From NCBI RefSeq assembly GCF_018977255.1, contig NW_024704742.1:57104001-57168000 (forward strand): a stretch of 64,000 nucleotides of DNA, in the 5' to 3' direction. The notes under the pieces were generated by a model that ran no database searches, had not been told where the DNA came from, and was given only the letters and a program-made list of their open reading frames with translations. The stretch's first letter is position 1. The number at the start of each line of letters is the position of its first letter. Positions 39,738-53,640 of this stretch are shown piece after piece. The position numbers and the translations under genes are program-made. Source of the DNA: Callorhinchus milii. Lineage: Eukaryota.

Positions 39738-42700
39738 AAAATATTCGTATATTTATTTGATTGTACTCCCCAACTCCTTGTGTTTATTGTTTGCATCACA
39801 TGGCTTCCTTGTTTAAACGTGTGAGCAGCCAGCCTGCACTCAAGCCTCTGCCAATACCACTCGATAAGCAGCCGGAAGCAGATGCCTGAGGGCATCCTGG
39901 AAATGCTCCACCTCTACTACTGGCTCTCTCTGTAAGGAGAACTGCATTCAATGCTTCCTTACAACAGTCCAGCTAGGACTAATGACTCAAATTTGCACGC
40001 CTGTGTTTTGTTACATCATAGTGCAGGGAATTGGTGCTCAGGGGAAGAATTTGACCCAATTCTATGTCAGTAAAGAAGAATAGCACCCTCTGCCTCCCCA
40101 CATCCATTTAAAGCATTTATTTTAGGTATAATATGGAATATAAAGTAAAGGAATATGGAAATCGAGCCAGCCCTTGGTGGTAATGTCATTAGTCTGGTTT
40201 CTGAGCTGGTGGGTCCGTAGAATTCCAGGGCACCGCTGATGACAGCACAGCCATCCTGGCTCATCAGCAGGAACCTAGAAAGGCAGACCAGTCACTGGGG
40301 GCAGGGAATCCTCCCACACAGCTCCTGCTAACCCTGCAAGCCAAAGGTTTTGTTTGGCAAGCCCTTGCTAGACAAACAGCGCTAAAGCTTGCCAAACAAA
40401 CCTCACCCCAATCTCTCTCATAAACCTCTCAAGCTACACTTTCCAAAAGCTACAACTGATTATGAACTCTGCAGCCAGTTTCTCTGCCGCACAAGGCTCC
40501 ACACATCTACTGACTTCCAGTCTTTTATCTTAATTAAGTCTCTGTAACAACAACTTGCATTTGTATATTGTCCTTCATGTAGGGTAATATCTTGGAGCAC
40601 TTTATAAGAATGGAGTTGGACACTGAGCAACGGAGAGTGCAGACACATTTGTAAATCTCTGGGTTTTGTTGTATCTTTCTGTGTCATTTGGTAGAACTTA
40701 ATGTTTTAATGTTGATCTCCCTTTCTTACCTAAGTACACAACCTAGTCTATCAGTTTAAAAGTACAGTTATTTCCAGGCTTGTTCAATTTAAAACACTAA
40801 TGAAATTTTGGCCTGGAATTTGTCTTAACATTTGTAGAATTAATGATGGAGAGTAAAATAAGGCAACATGTCTTAAAATCCTAGTGAAGTACCATTGGCC
40901 TTTTTGTGGAGTAAACATTTTTCACATCATCAATAACCAAAAATTTAGTTGGAACCTATAATAATAACACACATTTGATATAGTACCTTATCACATTATT
41001 AAGACGTCTCACAGGGCTTCACAGAATGTTGACTGTGTATTTTGCGGGCAAAATTTATTAATGGATGAAGTTCAGACCACTGTTATTTTCCTCTTTGAAT
41101 TCCATAATTTTAGACTGTTTTAAAACCACGGCTGATTTCTGACTGATACATATGGGCATAAGCATGCTACTGGGAACTGTAGAAAAAACCAAAATGGAGT
41201 TTTGCACAGCAGGAAAGATGGAGAACCTATATCTTTAAGTAAAACATTTGGCAATTTTTGTAGGCATTCACCTACAAAATACACTGCAATAAGTTCACAG
41301 TATATCCTGTGAAGCTCTGTGAGTGGGTCTCCAACAAGAAAGATGCTATATCAAATATAATGATTATTTATGATTATTATTAATTTCTGCCTTCAGCAAT
41401 AAATATCTGCCTTAGATAAAGGTTAGTTCTGCGTGCAGTTGGTATCGTGCCTCATATCAGATCTTTGTCTGCCTAGACATCTCTTGGCACAAAGTGTTAC
41501 ATCCCACACTTACATTACTGGCCCTGAGAAGAGATATGCCTGATGGAGCAACACCTTAGTTACTGTTAATAAGAAATGTACTGCACTCAGAAAACTAGAA
41601 CTTATTAAGCCATCGGACAGTGGGTCATATTTTTTAGTAAACCTTGAAAATATAGGTGGCAATTTTTGTTGGCTAATTTCTATGTCGAGATTCCAGTCAC
41701 CGCTCCTTAACCTGACATAATGTTGGACTTGTGGAACCACTTTGAATGTACCCCACTATCTCTTTGATGATCAACGAACAGGGGATATTGACTTTCCTCT
41801 GGGATCTCCCTAAACTTTTGCTGATCTGGCAAATGTTGTTTGAAATTATTATTTTCCCCTCAATTGCTCCAGTAGCATTGCCTCATGCTCAAACAATGGC
41901 ACTTTTCCCAACTCTCATGGGCAGATGGTCGCTTCCAACAATAGCACTCAAAATTGGCAGCCTTCGGCAATGTGAGAGGGGAGCAGCAGGCTGCAGGTGG
42001 AATGGCTCCAAGCAGCATTGAGGAAGCGATGGTGTACAGTACATCACAGTCTTTTTAGCAAAGTCTTGAACAAATCAAAGTTTTGAATAATCTGTTCACT
42101 AAAACCTAAAACATATCAATAATAAAATTACCTAAAGTGACTTCCCACCGTACAGGCATGTGAGGCACAATGGTTTTAATGGGTTCATTTACTCTTTATC
42201 GTTAATTGGCAAACAATTCACCCGCAAGTCACACCACTTTACAGTGTATCCTGAACCCATTAAAACCATTGTACTCCAAATGCCTACGCTACACAAGACA
42301 TACTCAATTCCATAGATGTTAAACAAATAAACAGAGGCATAAACATGATTCAATAAATGGCCAGAATCATTTTAGGAAATGAAATAATGCTAGGTTAGGA
42401 CAATCACTCTCACTCTTAACTATTAAATTGAAGTTTCTGAGCTGAGCAGGTCCATAGGACTCCAGGGTATTGCTGGTCAGACCAGGCTGTTAGAAAAGCA
42501 TTTTGGGATGTCTCGACAATGTGATAAGATGCTATATCAAATGCAAGGATTATTAATATTGTTATATAAAAAAATGTGCAAAAAATCTTTCAAATTTTAT
42601 TTCCATTTTAAGAGAAATAGACTTCAAAATATATTTATACTTGTCAGGTCTATCTAGTGTTAATATTTTTCTTTCTGTATTTCCTAGTAATGGAATTGGA

Positions 42701-42756
42701 TGAAACATTCAGTCTTTAAGAGATCTTTCAATATGGTATTCTTAAGTGCAATAAAT

Positions 42757-43258
42757 ATTTATTGCCGCCCCCTGTCCCCCAATGTGTGTATTGTTTTTCA
42801 AAGAATTGTCTACTATTCAAATTCAAGATCCTCATCCTCACCTACAAGGCCATTCACGGCCTCGCTCCCTCCTACCTCTCTGACCTACTATCCCCCTACC
42901 TACCTGCCCATACCCTCTGTTCCTCTGGCTCCGGTCTGCTCCACATCACCTGCCCCAACCACCCTACCATCGGTGGCCGGGCCTTCAGTCTCTCAGCCCC
43001 TAGGCTCTGGAACTCTATCCCCCAGTGCCTTTGCCTTGCCTCCTCCCTTTCCTCCTTCAAGGCCGGTCTCAAGAACTTTCTCTTTCAGCCTTCGGCTCCC
43101 CTCTCAACTCTCTACCCCCTCCTCGCTCCCTCCCTTCCCTCCCCTCACCCTGACCATTTCCCCCCTGCTCGGGTCCTGACCCAACTGTCCAGCGCCTTGG
43201 GACGTCCTCCCGACGTGAAAGGCGCTCTACAAATGGAATCTTGTTGTTGTTGTTGTTG
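42757..43258 (+). mobile_element. L2 3' fragment (ORF2 C-terminus and 3' UTR)
   Basis: FKILILTYKAIHGLAPSYLSDLL...GGRAFSLSAPRLWNSIP, then a tail ending in (TTG)n. Confidence 0.9.
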
Positions 43259-44729
43259 TATTCAGAGCTACTGGTTGGAAGATTAACAAGGCTGGTAGGG
43301 TTTAGGTAAACACAGCATAAAGGAGACATGGTCAAATAACTTGTCTTCTGAAACTACCAGTAAATGGCCACATTCAAATTCGATGCAATTTACAAGGTGG
43401 AGACAATCACTCATTACTCCAGCCTTCCGTGTATCTTAACTACATGATGTGAGCTTGTTTAACTACCTAACTACCCTGTCAGGGGGCTCCTCACTGTCGG
43501 GCTATGCCTGTGCCACTTCCTAGTTGCTGGACTGTTCTAAGAATCCATGCATTTTGATGGAATCATGAAATCTCTTTCTTTTCAATTGTTTGAAGACACA
43601 GTTTCTTCAAGTTCTCTGCTCTCAAACACCTACTTTTTATGTTTTCTCCCTTAGTCCTCCTTTGGCTTTTAACTGTCTTGGTCTCACTTTCCCTTCTGAT
43701 TCAAAGGGATTTCTCAAATCTCCTACATTGTTGACTTCAGGAAGTTCCAATTCCTCTTCCATTCCAATCATTTACTTTCCTCTCAGCAGTGTTTATCCAG
43801 AAGCCACAAGTCTGTCTGTGACTTAATAATGTTTCCAAACACGGCTGACTGGGAGCCTGAGCTGTGTTTGGGAGAGCAGAGGAGGGTGGGGGAAGGTGTG
43901 GATGTTCGGACTATAATGAGGACAGGATTGGAATCAGTTGTGATTGTGATCCCCCCACCTATTTACGGTAACATATCCTATAAGTGCTGACTGTCTAGGT
44001 TCACACATGATGAATTGTCACTTGATTGAGCTACTTTGTGATCCCCATTTTTTGACCCGATTGTGACTGCAGACTTGGCTTTTTCTATCCCTCACATTCC
44101 AGTTATGTCTCATTTGTGTCTGTCAAGATTTCATTATAGAGTACAGTACAACTTATATTTATATAGCATCTTTTACATTGGGTGGATGATTCAAAACACT
44201 TTACTCTGCTGGCTGGGTACCCAAGTTGGTGCCTAGAGGGTGAGGAAGGAAAAATGACTGAACGCATGGTCAAAGAGATATATCTTCAGGTGAGCTTTGA
44301 ATGTGGGGATGGAGGGCAAGTCAGACTTTGGGATGGAGTTCCAGAGAGTGGGAGCAGAATGGCTGAAAGTGCCATTTTATAGGAGAGCCAGCCTGATATT
44401 CCAAATTATTCATCTAGTACAAAAGTTAAAGATCACTGTAAAGCGAGTCACCTGTATTTTACTTGATTCTTTTGATGTGCATTCCTTGGAACTTTCATTA
44501 TCTTTCTTACCTCATAACTGTCTATGGTCTCAAATCCACTAATCTATATGTTTCCTTCTTCAGTCTGGTACACCAAATTTTCTGCCCACAATGAGATCAA
44601 CCACAAATTCTATGACAAGTTTCCTAAACACCGCTGTTCTATCCTTGGGTACTGTGTGTTCCTCACCTTACTGTAGCTTCAACTTGATTTCAACTCCCTT
44701 CCATTCTCAGTCTCTCCCTTCTATACTTA

Positions 44730-45207
44730 CCTTCCTATCACCCTATCACCCCCATCCTCACCCGACTCCACTGGCTTTCCCATCACACAGAGGATACAAT
44801 TCAAGATCCTGGTCCTCACCTTCAAAACCCTCCATGGCCTTGCTCTCCCCTACCTTTGCAACCTCCCAACCCCCTACCAACCTGCGCACTCCCTCTGCTC
44901 AGAGGGCTCCGGCCTGCTACATGTCCCCTGCCTCACTCTCCCCACCATTGGTGGGTGGGCCTTCGGCCACTCTGCCCCCACCCTCTGGAATTCCATCCGC
45001 AATCCCTCCTCCTCACCCCTTCCCTTGCATCCTTCAAGAACCATCTCAAGATCCTCCTCTTCGCCCGTGCCTTCGATCCCCCTCCTTTCTCCCTTCCCTC
45101 CAACCTCCCCAATCCCAACCCCCATCTCGGATACGAAACACTGATTGTCCAGCACCTTGGGATGCCCAATGTGAAAGGCGCTATACAAATGTAATTTTGT
45201 TGTTGTT
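44730..45207 (+). mobile_element. L2 3' fragment
   Basis: Decayed ORF2 C-terminus and the shared tail. Confidence 0.85.
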
Positions 45208-46648
45208 TATACTATGATCTAAGCAAGCTCAATGCAGTGTTTACGAGCCTATATTCATCTTGGACACTCTTTCCCATGCTGGGTTGAAAATTGACTTTAA
45301 AAACTTGATACATGAGTTGGCTCCTCAATCTCTTATCTTTTTCTCCTGGTATCTCTTATTGGCCTTCTGTTGTCTTACTCACCCTTTGTCTTTCTTATAC
45401 ATTGTTTAACTACTGAATGCGCATCTAATTCTGGTTGATATTACTTTCATATCAGATAGAGCACATTGATGATCTGTTCAGCATGTCACAATCTGTTAAT
45501 TGCACATTAGGTGCTTCTGCAAGTATAACCAATGGATGTAATAGTTTCATTTCTTCCTAAAGTCATTGTTTTCTTGATCATGTCTAACCTAACCTATATA
45601 AAAGGGTCTCTTCCATCCACTCATTCCATTGTTGATGAAAGTTCACACTTGAAATTTTAGACTTCTTTTCTTTCTCTTCAACAGAGTAGACCTAATGGGC
45701 CAAATATTCTGTTTTTCAGCTGTAACATTCTATGATTCCTTCAGTTGCTAATTTTCGTACTGTCATTTCCAACCGTTTACTGGTTTCCTTTTATTTCAGA
45801 TTTTTAGCATTTCTCATTTTACAGCTAAGTTTATCCATTATTAAGGGAGTTCTTCATTCATGGAATGAAAGCAAACGTATACTAGTTTCTCAGTAAATGT
45901 ATCTGTAAAAAAATTACACAATTATAAAGGCACATTTTAAAGTGAAAACTGGTACCGATCAAAGTGGTTTGAAATTCTATCTACGAGGGGAAACTGAAAT
46001 GTAGTAATTAGTAATTAGTAATTGGACAGAATTTTGAGGTTTTGATCTGCTTAATTAAAAACTGTTCATAAATTTAGTGGCGCTATATTTTTGTTCATGG
46101 TGTTATTCTTGATGGTAGTTTTCTTTCTTCCAATCTGTGGTTGCAGTCACAATATTTTGCTGTGTTAAAATTCTTGTGAACTTACCCCATATTTGAACAT
46201 ATGGGGTAAAAATCTCCCTTCTCCATATTATTGAATTGCTCTTCAAATAGCCTCTGCTACTTTCCCAAGTTTTAACATGCTGACAATATCCTTTTTGGAT
46301 GCCTTTTCATAGTTCACTTGTTTAAGTTAGTAAGAGTGTTTAAACTGCAATGAATAACTTCATAAGCCACAAACCATTCTGATTTGTTTGGCTCTAAAGC
46401 ATTGGATCTCCAGCCATCAGATGTGCTATACTTACGGATGGATTCCTTGGTAGAATTTCTTTCTTTTTGAGATCTGGAGCCATCAAAACCCTGATTAACC
46501 TCTGATATTCATGTGGTGCTCTTGATCTTGAAGACAGATTCTGCAACAAAAAGTTAACGTCTGCCATATGCCGAGGGTTTTGTGGGTAGTGCTGACCTGA
46601 AAGTGAACTTGCTCTTTGACTGCTGCTTTTTTCTCTCTTTTTCTGCAG

Positions 46649-46759
46649 GTTTGGTGTGGAGATTACCGATGAAGAGTTTGAGCTGCTCATTGACAGAATC
46701 CCTCTTGATGAAGACGGAAATGTCCGGTATCCCCAATTCATGGCTATATTTGACTCTAG
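46649..46759 (+). CDS. EFCAB6-like exon 12
   Basis: Long pyrimidine tract, ctgcag|G to AG|gtatga. RFGVEITDEEFELLIDRIPLDEDGNVRYPQFMAIFDS continues the EF pair begun in exon 11. Confidence 0.9.
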
Positions 46760-48417
46760 GTATGACTTATTTCTAATTGCTTTTCCTTTCTTGGGGAATC
46801 CCTTACAAACACAGAGTAAACGTTTATATATGCCCTGCATTTAAATACCTCCTGTTCTTTAATTTGACACATCTGAAATCTGAGGAATTAATGGTGCCTC
46901 CTCTTCATCCTTTCTATGTATAGATATCAGTTGTCCCCTTAGTTTTACAATTTGATGGGATATTTTAGTCTACTGTACATGAAGAATTAAATCAGTCAAT
47001 CTTTGTGCTTTTAATAAGCAATTTGATTCTAATCATTCCTAAAGAATAATATTTTGCTATTATTTTTACAATTGCGTGACCAATTATTTTATTTCATCCC
47101 ATTCAAGAATCCTTGAATTCTGATGTGGATGGTGACAAGTTAACATGTTAACTGAAGTTATGTGAAGTTAATTATACTCATGGCACTATTGCAATATTAT
47201 TATTCATATCCACCCACACAATTATGATGAATGTTATTCGTGCCTTTAAAATGTCACCAGAAACAGGTGTTTTAGAAAAAAAAACATGATTGAAGCGTAA
47301 TTGAAGGAACACATCATTTAAATTAAATTGAACCACAGACATTACATTTAGTGCAGCACTTTTAAATTGTGCAAATGCTTGTGACAAGACAATTATGTAA
47401 GCTGACTGTTAACATTTTACTGCATTAATCCTCACAAATCAGAACAACAATTGTATCGACAATGTCAAATTTAGACCGAATAATTGTTTTTCTTCGCTGA
47501 TTAAATCTAAGACATTTTCTTGCATGGAAACATATATGTGCAAGCTTCAATATATATATATATATTTATATAGACATACACTTTGAAATCTGCACATTCA
47601 ATCTTCTAAAATATCATGTTTCGCTTTACTGGGACTATAGATTGTTAACTTCAGGCGAGAATACGATCTATATACAACATGAGCAGTACATAAATGTAAA
47701 ATCCTTCTTCCAGAATTAAATCATCGCCCAGAAGCCTTAGAATGTGCCTTTGTGTGGTCTTTTTTTTTAATATGTAAAAGCATCCAGTTAAAGACCTGGC
47801 ACCAAACCCACACTGAGAGGATATCCAAACGTGTGTGGGAAAACCGCAAGGAGAAATTCCGAAGCGATTGAGAGTCTGTGCGCTGTTTTCTTTCGGGTTT
47901 TTTTAAATATTAAATAAGGAGGAAAATGTGACTTAGAAAGGTTGGAAAAAGTTAGTAACTGGACAGGTTTGGGAGTTAACAATAGCACAGTGTTGTCGTG
48001 GGCTGCTTCCAGGACTTAGATATTCTTCCCATGTCAGGATAATCACTACTGGGAGGTAGCTCGATTAAGGATTACCATATCATTAATAGTATCCATGACT
48101 TTTGTTCAAAGGCTACTTGTGTAATGTTGCCTTGTGGATGAAGCTGCTTAATCCTGTGAGCCGCAGCTGTAGAGAGGGGCTTCTTCAGAGCCGCCCACAC
48201 TGACTTCCCTGTCCCCCTAAATCGATTCAAGAAAAAAAAACAGACAGAAACAACAATCAACTCAAACAGAGCAAAAAGAAACAAACCATTCTACATTTCC
48301 ACATTCATCCACAAACCCCGATCCCTGCCAATGTTTTCCATTCATCCCATCTCTAACATCCACGTCGTTACTCGGATGGTGGCCGGCTTAACACTGGCCA
48401 AAGATTGGGGGGTTTCT

Positions 48418-48640
<223 letters not shown>

Positions 48641-51600
48641 TGACATTGAAATTTTCGACGTGTGACTACCAGCCTCGGTGAATCACGCTGAGTTGTTTTA
48701 TTCCCTTCTTCCCCGAGGTCGTGTCTTACACGGAGTCCCCACTGAGGCTGGGAGCTTTGGGTCAGCAATCCTTAGACAGAAACATGGGCTGAGATTTTCC
48801 ACCCTTTATTATTTCTTCACTCTCTCCAAGAAAGGGATTCACGGCTATCGATCCTTCCATCAACACTTAACTTTCACATATCTCCATCCCAGTTATCAAA
48901 TAGCCACTTCTTTCCACCCTCTTGTTATCCCACACCTCCACCTTGCAGTCTATTCCACCAAATCCAACGTTTTAGTTACCAGAAAGAGACAGATATGAAT
49001 TTCATCATCTCATATGAATGCAAATAGCACCGTCTGAACAATGAATTATTTAGACTGTCTGATGTTTTATTTCACCAACAACAAATGCAGTTGTCTTAGA
49101 ACAACCCAGACAGTGAGAGAGAGAGAGAAAACAAAGTACAGTACTTGAGGGGAGAATTGTTAACAAACAAAGTCTGTGCGTCACTTTTTATTTCAAATCG
49201 GATTTGTTTCAGTCAATCGTAAATTGAAAGGAAACTTGGAAATGAGAAGTTTTTTTTTTGCAAACTTGAAAGTAGCGTTGGACTTTGCTGTTGCAGTTGG
49301 TTACAAAAGGCTGTCTCTATTTGAACTAATCACGGATTATTCATATGTTGCTATTATCACTCATTCATTTGCTAACTTGTCACATCTCAAACACAGTCTC
49401 CTTATTTTCGTCGCTGAATACTAAACACCAGTAACGGCACTCGTGTCTCCTTCTTATCCCTCAAAGTGGTTATAACATAACCGATTTCTTTCACCCGTGT
49501 GGTTTCTCTTGCGTTGGAGCCTAATCTTGATCTTCCCTTAGACGGGAATGGAGTAAATGGACCCAAAATTCCAGCTTTCCTCCCTCCCCCTCCCTCCCCC
49601 CCACACCCTCTCCCTCCCCCTAAAACGTGGCTGTCTTTCTGACAGCTCTCGGAGACACCTGCATCTTTTTTTTTTGAGAAAAAAAAATCTGGCTTTGCAA
49701 TGGAGACCGAGGTAACAATCGCAAATAAATACATAAAATTAATAAATTAACGGTGAATAAATAATTTGACTGCTGGCCACCGTGTGCCCCGCACAATCGT
49801 GGCAGTGTGTCGGGGGAGCGGTCTGGCCATTCATAATTATTTCGATGAAGTCCTCAGTGACTTGCTGAGTGGGTGTCGGGCTAATTTTCCTATGGTTTTC
49901 GCCTGATTAATTCTGTCTGACCCCGGGGTCGCCCGTCCCCAGTAACCGCGTCTCTCCCGGAGACCTTCCAATGGTCCCTTTCCCCCCGTTCAAGTAGATG
50001 GGAAGTGCCTGTCACTACCCGGACACAAAAGCTTCCACGTTTGCAGCTCACGACTTTCCAAGGCAGACCCCCCCCGCTCAGCCAAGCGCAAGAAAAACTC
50101 ATTTAGTGATGCCTTTTGGTTTTTTTTTCGATTGGTAGCAACGTGTAGGGTGGACCGATGTCAAGTTTGTCAGGTGCGGGACGGGTTTGGCTGCCACTCC
50201 TTTTCAGCCTTGGTGTGGTGACTCTATCACTCTATCAGTAACGGGGCTGCCCCTCGCCTTGTGCCTCGCCTTTCTGATAACCTCTGTGCGCGGAACTCTT
50301 TCAACGTAATGTTAGTGAAAGCGTTCCCGACAGCCTTTAACACGCATTGACATTGCACGTCTTTACGAAGGCACTTGGGCTTTAACATCAACGCTGCTTT
50401 TTTTTACTAGAATTGGCTGGAAGGTGTGTCGGGGTAGACTACCCAAGCAAATTGCATCAGAGTTCCCCCCTCCAAAAAAAATGTCAAGGACAGTGTTGCT
50501 CTCTGTTGTTGAAGGAGGTTCTGGGGATCTATTTGACTGAAGACCACGGCAGATGGTTAAAAGGAAAACTCGAAAAAGTGTTGGGAAATATTGAACGGAA
50601 TAAAACATCAATGAAGGTTAAGAAGGATGGTCAATTCGTGCCCATTTCGTTTCTGGGGTTGTCGATGCATTTAACCTGTTTTACGGTTCAAGAAATGCAC
50701 CACATTCCCTGTCAACTTGCAGATTTATTTATCGATGTGGAGGACTCAGGAGAATCGAAGTCATTTACAGAATGGTTACAGTCCAATATAATTTGAAGAA
50801 AAACTCGTTTATAACACGGAAAGTCTGCCTGGAATTACTCTCACTTAGGCATTAAGGCTCGACATCTCCACGGAGACACGCCATCGATAACATGAAAACC
50901 ATTCAAATCAGATCTCGGATGTTAAAGCGCAATATTTGGTGTAGAACAGATACATCGTCCCAGAACCATGTTGTGATATTGCCCCCCCACCCCCACCCCC
51001 CTTCTATAGCTGTCATGTTAATTTCAGTATCACCACAGGTGGGATGGACATTGAAGAGGTTGATCATGATCCTGTAAATAGGCTCAGACAATCAGAATAT
51101 CAGAGAGGTAATGGCTGCGTAAATTACTACATTTCCAATCAGACCTCTGGAGGCCATCTCTTTGGCTACAATGACTTACTGAATGTAAACTCTCAGTCCT
51201 GCCCGTTTTGTGTCAGGTCTCGTCAATCCACATGGATATTGCAACGTTTCTTCGGGGAGTACACCTACACTATTAGTTCTAATCGTTAATCGATTTCTAC
51301 CTCTTCGCTCCTTATTTTATGCATTTATCTGCGATCAGCATTCCTATTTTATCATATATCAATCGGATGGATACAAGTCCTTAAATGTTATATTCTGTAT
51401 GTAGCCTCCACAGCCCAACTGCAACCTGCACCGACATCTACTTACAAACTAATACATCAATGGCCATGTCAAGTTCCATGTTTTTGTCTGTTTTTGTATC
51501 TCAATCACATCCCAAATCTCGTAGATTTGTTTTACTTTCCAAAATTGCACATTAATTTGTACGTGAATATCCTCGGTTATGTCTAAATATGTTCTATCCT

Positions 51601-51998
51601 CTTGTAAAAACAATTCAGCAATTGCGCTACAGTAATCGTCCTGGTCGACGTCAAAGGGGAAAACCACAAGATTGGTATATTAATATCGATCGATCGTTGA
51701 TTTAGGAATATTAATTTCTGAACTTTGATGATTCAGATATAAATTATTTTTATTTTACTGCATGTCAGTGAAGGCAAGGGAGCAAACGCAACCGGGTGGT
51801 GATTTTATTTCTGAATAAGGAAGTTATCCCACTGAGATCTCTAATGATCCTTACGTTTGACATACCGTCGCCCCTTTCGTGTCGAGAGCACATCCCAAAG
51901 CGCTCCACGGGATGTGCTGTTAAGTGTAATGATTGTGTATCTGTGGGTTGAAGGCTGTGTTCCCCTGTAAAATAATGACTTGCTTCCTTGTGTTACAG

Positions 51999-52122
51999 GA
52001 AGGGAGTTTCTAGCCTTTTTGAGGATAAGTCAACAATCCTCTCAAGGCGACACGTCCTACACCAGAAACAGTCCTCAGCCCAGTTTGATGAGGACAGTAA
52101 ATACAGTAGAAGCCCAGGACAG
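51999..52122 (+). CDS. EFCAB6-like exon 13
   Basis: ttacag|G to CAG|gtacac. RKGVSSLFEDKSTILSRRHV...RSPGQ. Linker-like; supported mainly by the phase 2 to 0 fit. Confidence 0.7.
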
Positions 52123-52597
52123 GTACACTGTGTTTGGCGGCTGTAATGCAACACTATCTCACTGGCTGACGAATTTATGTTGTGCGGCGTTGGGAGAAGC
52201 AAATTCTTCTTATTATTTCTTAATCATTTATCTTCGATTTGCGTCTTTAATTTGCTGTTTGACGGGCTAGTTTTTAAAAAAAATTTAAAGGTTGCATTTG
52301 GACTCCTAATTCTGTGGCTGTTTAAACATTCGTGCAATGACTGAAAGCTATTGATCCACAATGTTCTGAGAGTTACGGCTTGATGGATGCTGTGTAAGGT
52401 CATTTACAATACAACCGCGTCAACATATGCAGCAGCCGTCAATTTCACAACGTTCACGATAGAAAGCAAAAAGCTTTTGTTGCTAACATTACACTTCCTT
52501 GAGCTGTTGTATGTTTCAGGAGCATTCGAGATAATGTCCATGTTGTGAACGTGGTGTAAAACACGTGTGGCCATGCGCCCTTCTGCTTTCTGTGCAG

Positions 52598-52722
52598 CTC
52601 TTCCGGATTATTAAAACCCTGTTAGATAACCAATACCAAGAGGTTGAGAAAGGATTTGAAGAATTGGATGAAATTAATTCTCGGCGCCTCAACCACGAAA
52701 CCATGTACCAGCTTCTGAAACG
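52598..52722 (+). CDS. EFCAB6-like exon 14
   Basis: gtgcag|CTC to CG|gtaaat. LFRIIKTLLDNQYQEVEKGFEELDEINSRRLNHETMYQLLK. Confidence 0.88.
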
Positions 52723-52902
52723 GTAAATCTCTGCTTTGACTGTGACAGGGATGTGGTGTGAGGGAGAGCAAGCCTGGAGAGAAACATTAGACTATGGTAA
52801 CACTCAACCTGTGGCTAACCCTGAACTACATGTGCAGTTTTTGGGTTCTCTATGTCAATGATCCTGTCTTTTGTGAAGTGCTAACTCGTTTTCCTCTACC
52901 AG

Positions 52903-53146
52903 CTGTCACGTTTGGCCAGAAATAACTCGCGGTGAGATCCGCAGACTGTGGGAAACACTGATCACGAATCAGGATAAAACCTTGGATTTCCTCGAGTTCG
53001 TGAGGCATTTCGGCTTCTCTCCTAAATCTGCGTGTTATCCCAATGCCAAGACCAGTCCACCCAGGAAAGGCGACAGCGACTTGAGAATGTGCTCGAAAAA
53101 CCTCAACTGTGCGTCCGATATAATCGTGGACAGCGTCCGTGCAAAA
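52903..53146 (+). CDS. EFCAB6-like exon 15
   Basis: taccag|C to AAA|gtgagg. RCHVWPEITRGEIRRLWETLITNQDKTLDFLEFVRHFGFSPKSACYPNAKTSPPRKGDSD...VRAK. Confidence 0.9.
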
Positions 53147-53207
53147 GTGAGGGTCATCCTGATTTACAACTTGGTTAGACTTCTCAGCTGCGCCCTACTC
53201 GGTTCTA

Positions 53208-53412
53208 TAAAAAAAACAAAAAACAATAATAAATTGGTCATTTTCAATCTACGACTGTTTGTGGGATATTGTTGTGCGCAATTGGCTGCCGCGTTCGCCC
53301 ACAGATATACAGTCAATTCACTTTACAGTGTGTTCTGTGAAGCGCTTTGGGACGTCCTCCCGACGTGAAAAGCGCTATATCAAATGCAAGGATTATTATT
53401 ATTATTATTATA
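53208..53412 (+). mobile_element. 5'-truncated young SINE in intron 15
   Basis: Near-identical to the 3' two-thirds of the 58750 copy. Confidence 0.9.
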
Positions 53413-53467
53413 TTGCGGGTGTGCTCAGCTAATTTGACATTGTTGATTTGACTTTTACAACTTCCAG

Positions 53468-53640
53468 GTTGACTACTTGTGGGACGATCTTAGGAAAGAG
53501 TTTCAGGAGCTTGACCCCTACCACACGGGCTTTGTCAGCAAAGAAGAGTTTAAAGATATTTTGACAGAGCTCTGTGTGCAGTTAAATGAATACGAGTGTG
53601 AAGTACTGGCAAAGAAATTCGAAATCAATGGAGATGGTCG
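53468..53640 (+). CDS. EFCAB6-like exon 16
   Basis: ttccag|GTT to CG|gtaagg. VDYLWDDLRKEFQELDPYHTGFVSKEEFKDILTELCVQLNEYECEVLAKKFEINGDG. Confidence 0.92.

Noticed and set aside
50413..50796. 127-aa ORF in intron 12
   Set aside because: Non-ATG start, no recognisable domain, no convincing acceptor or phase 2-2 fit.
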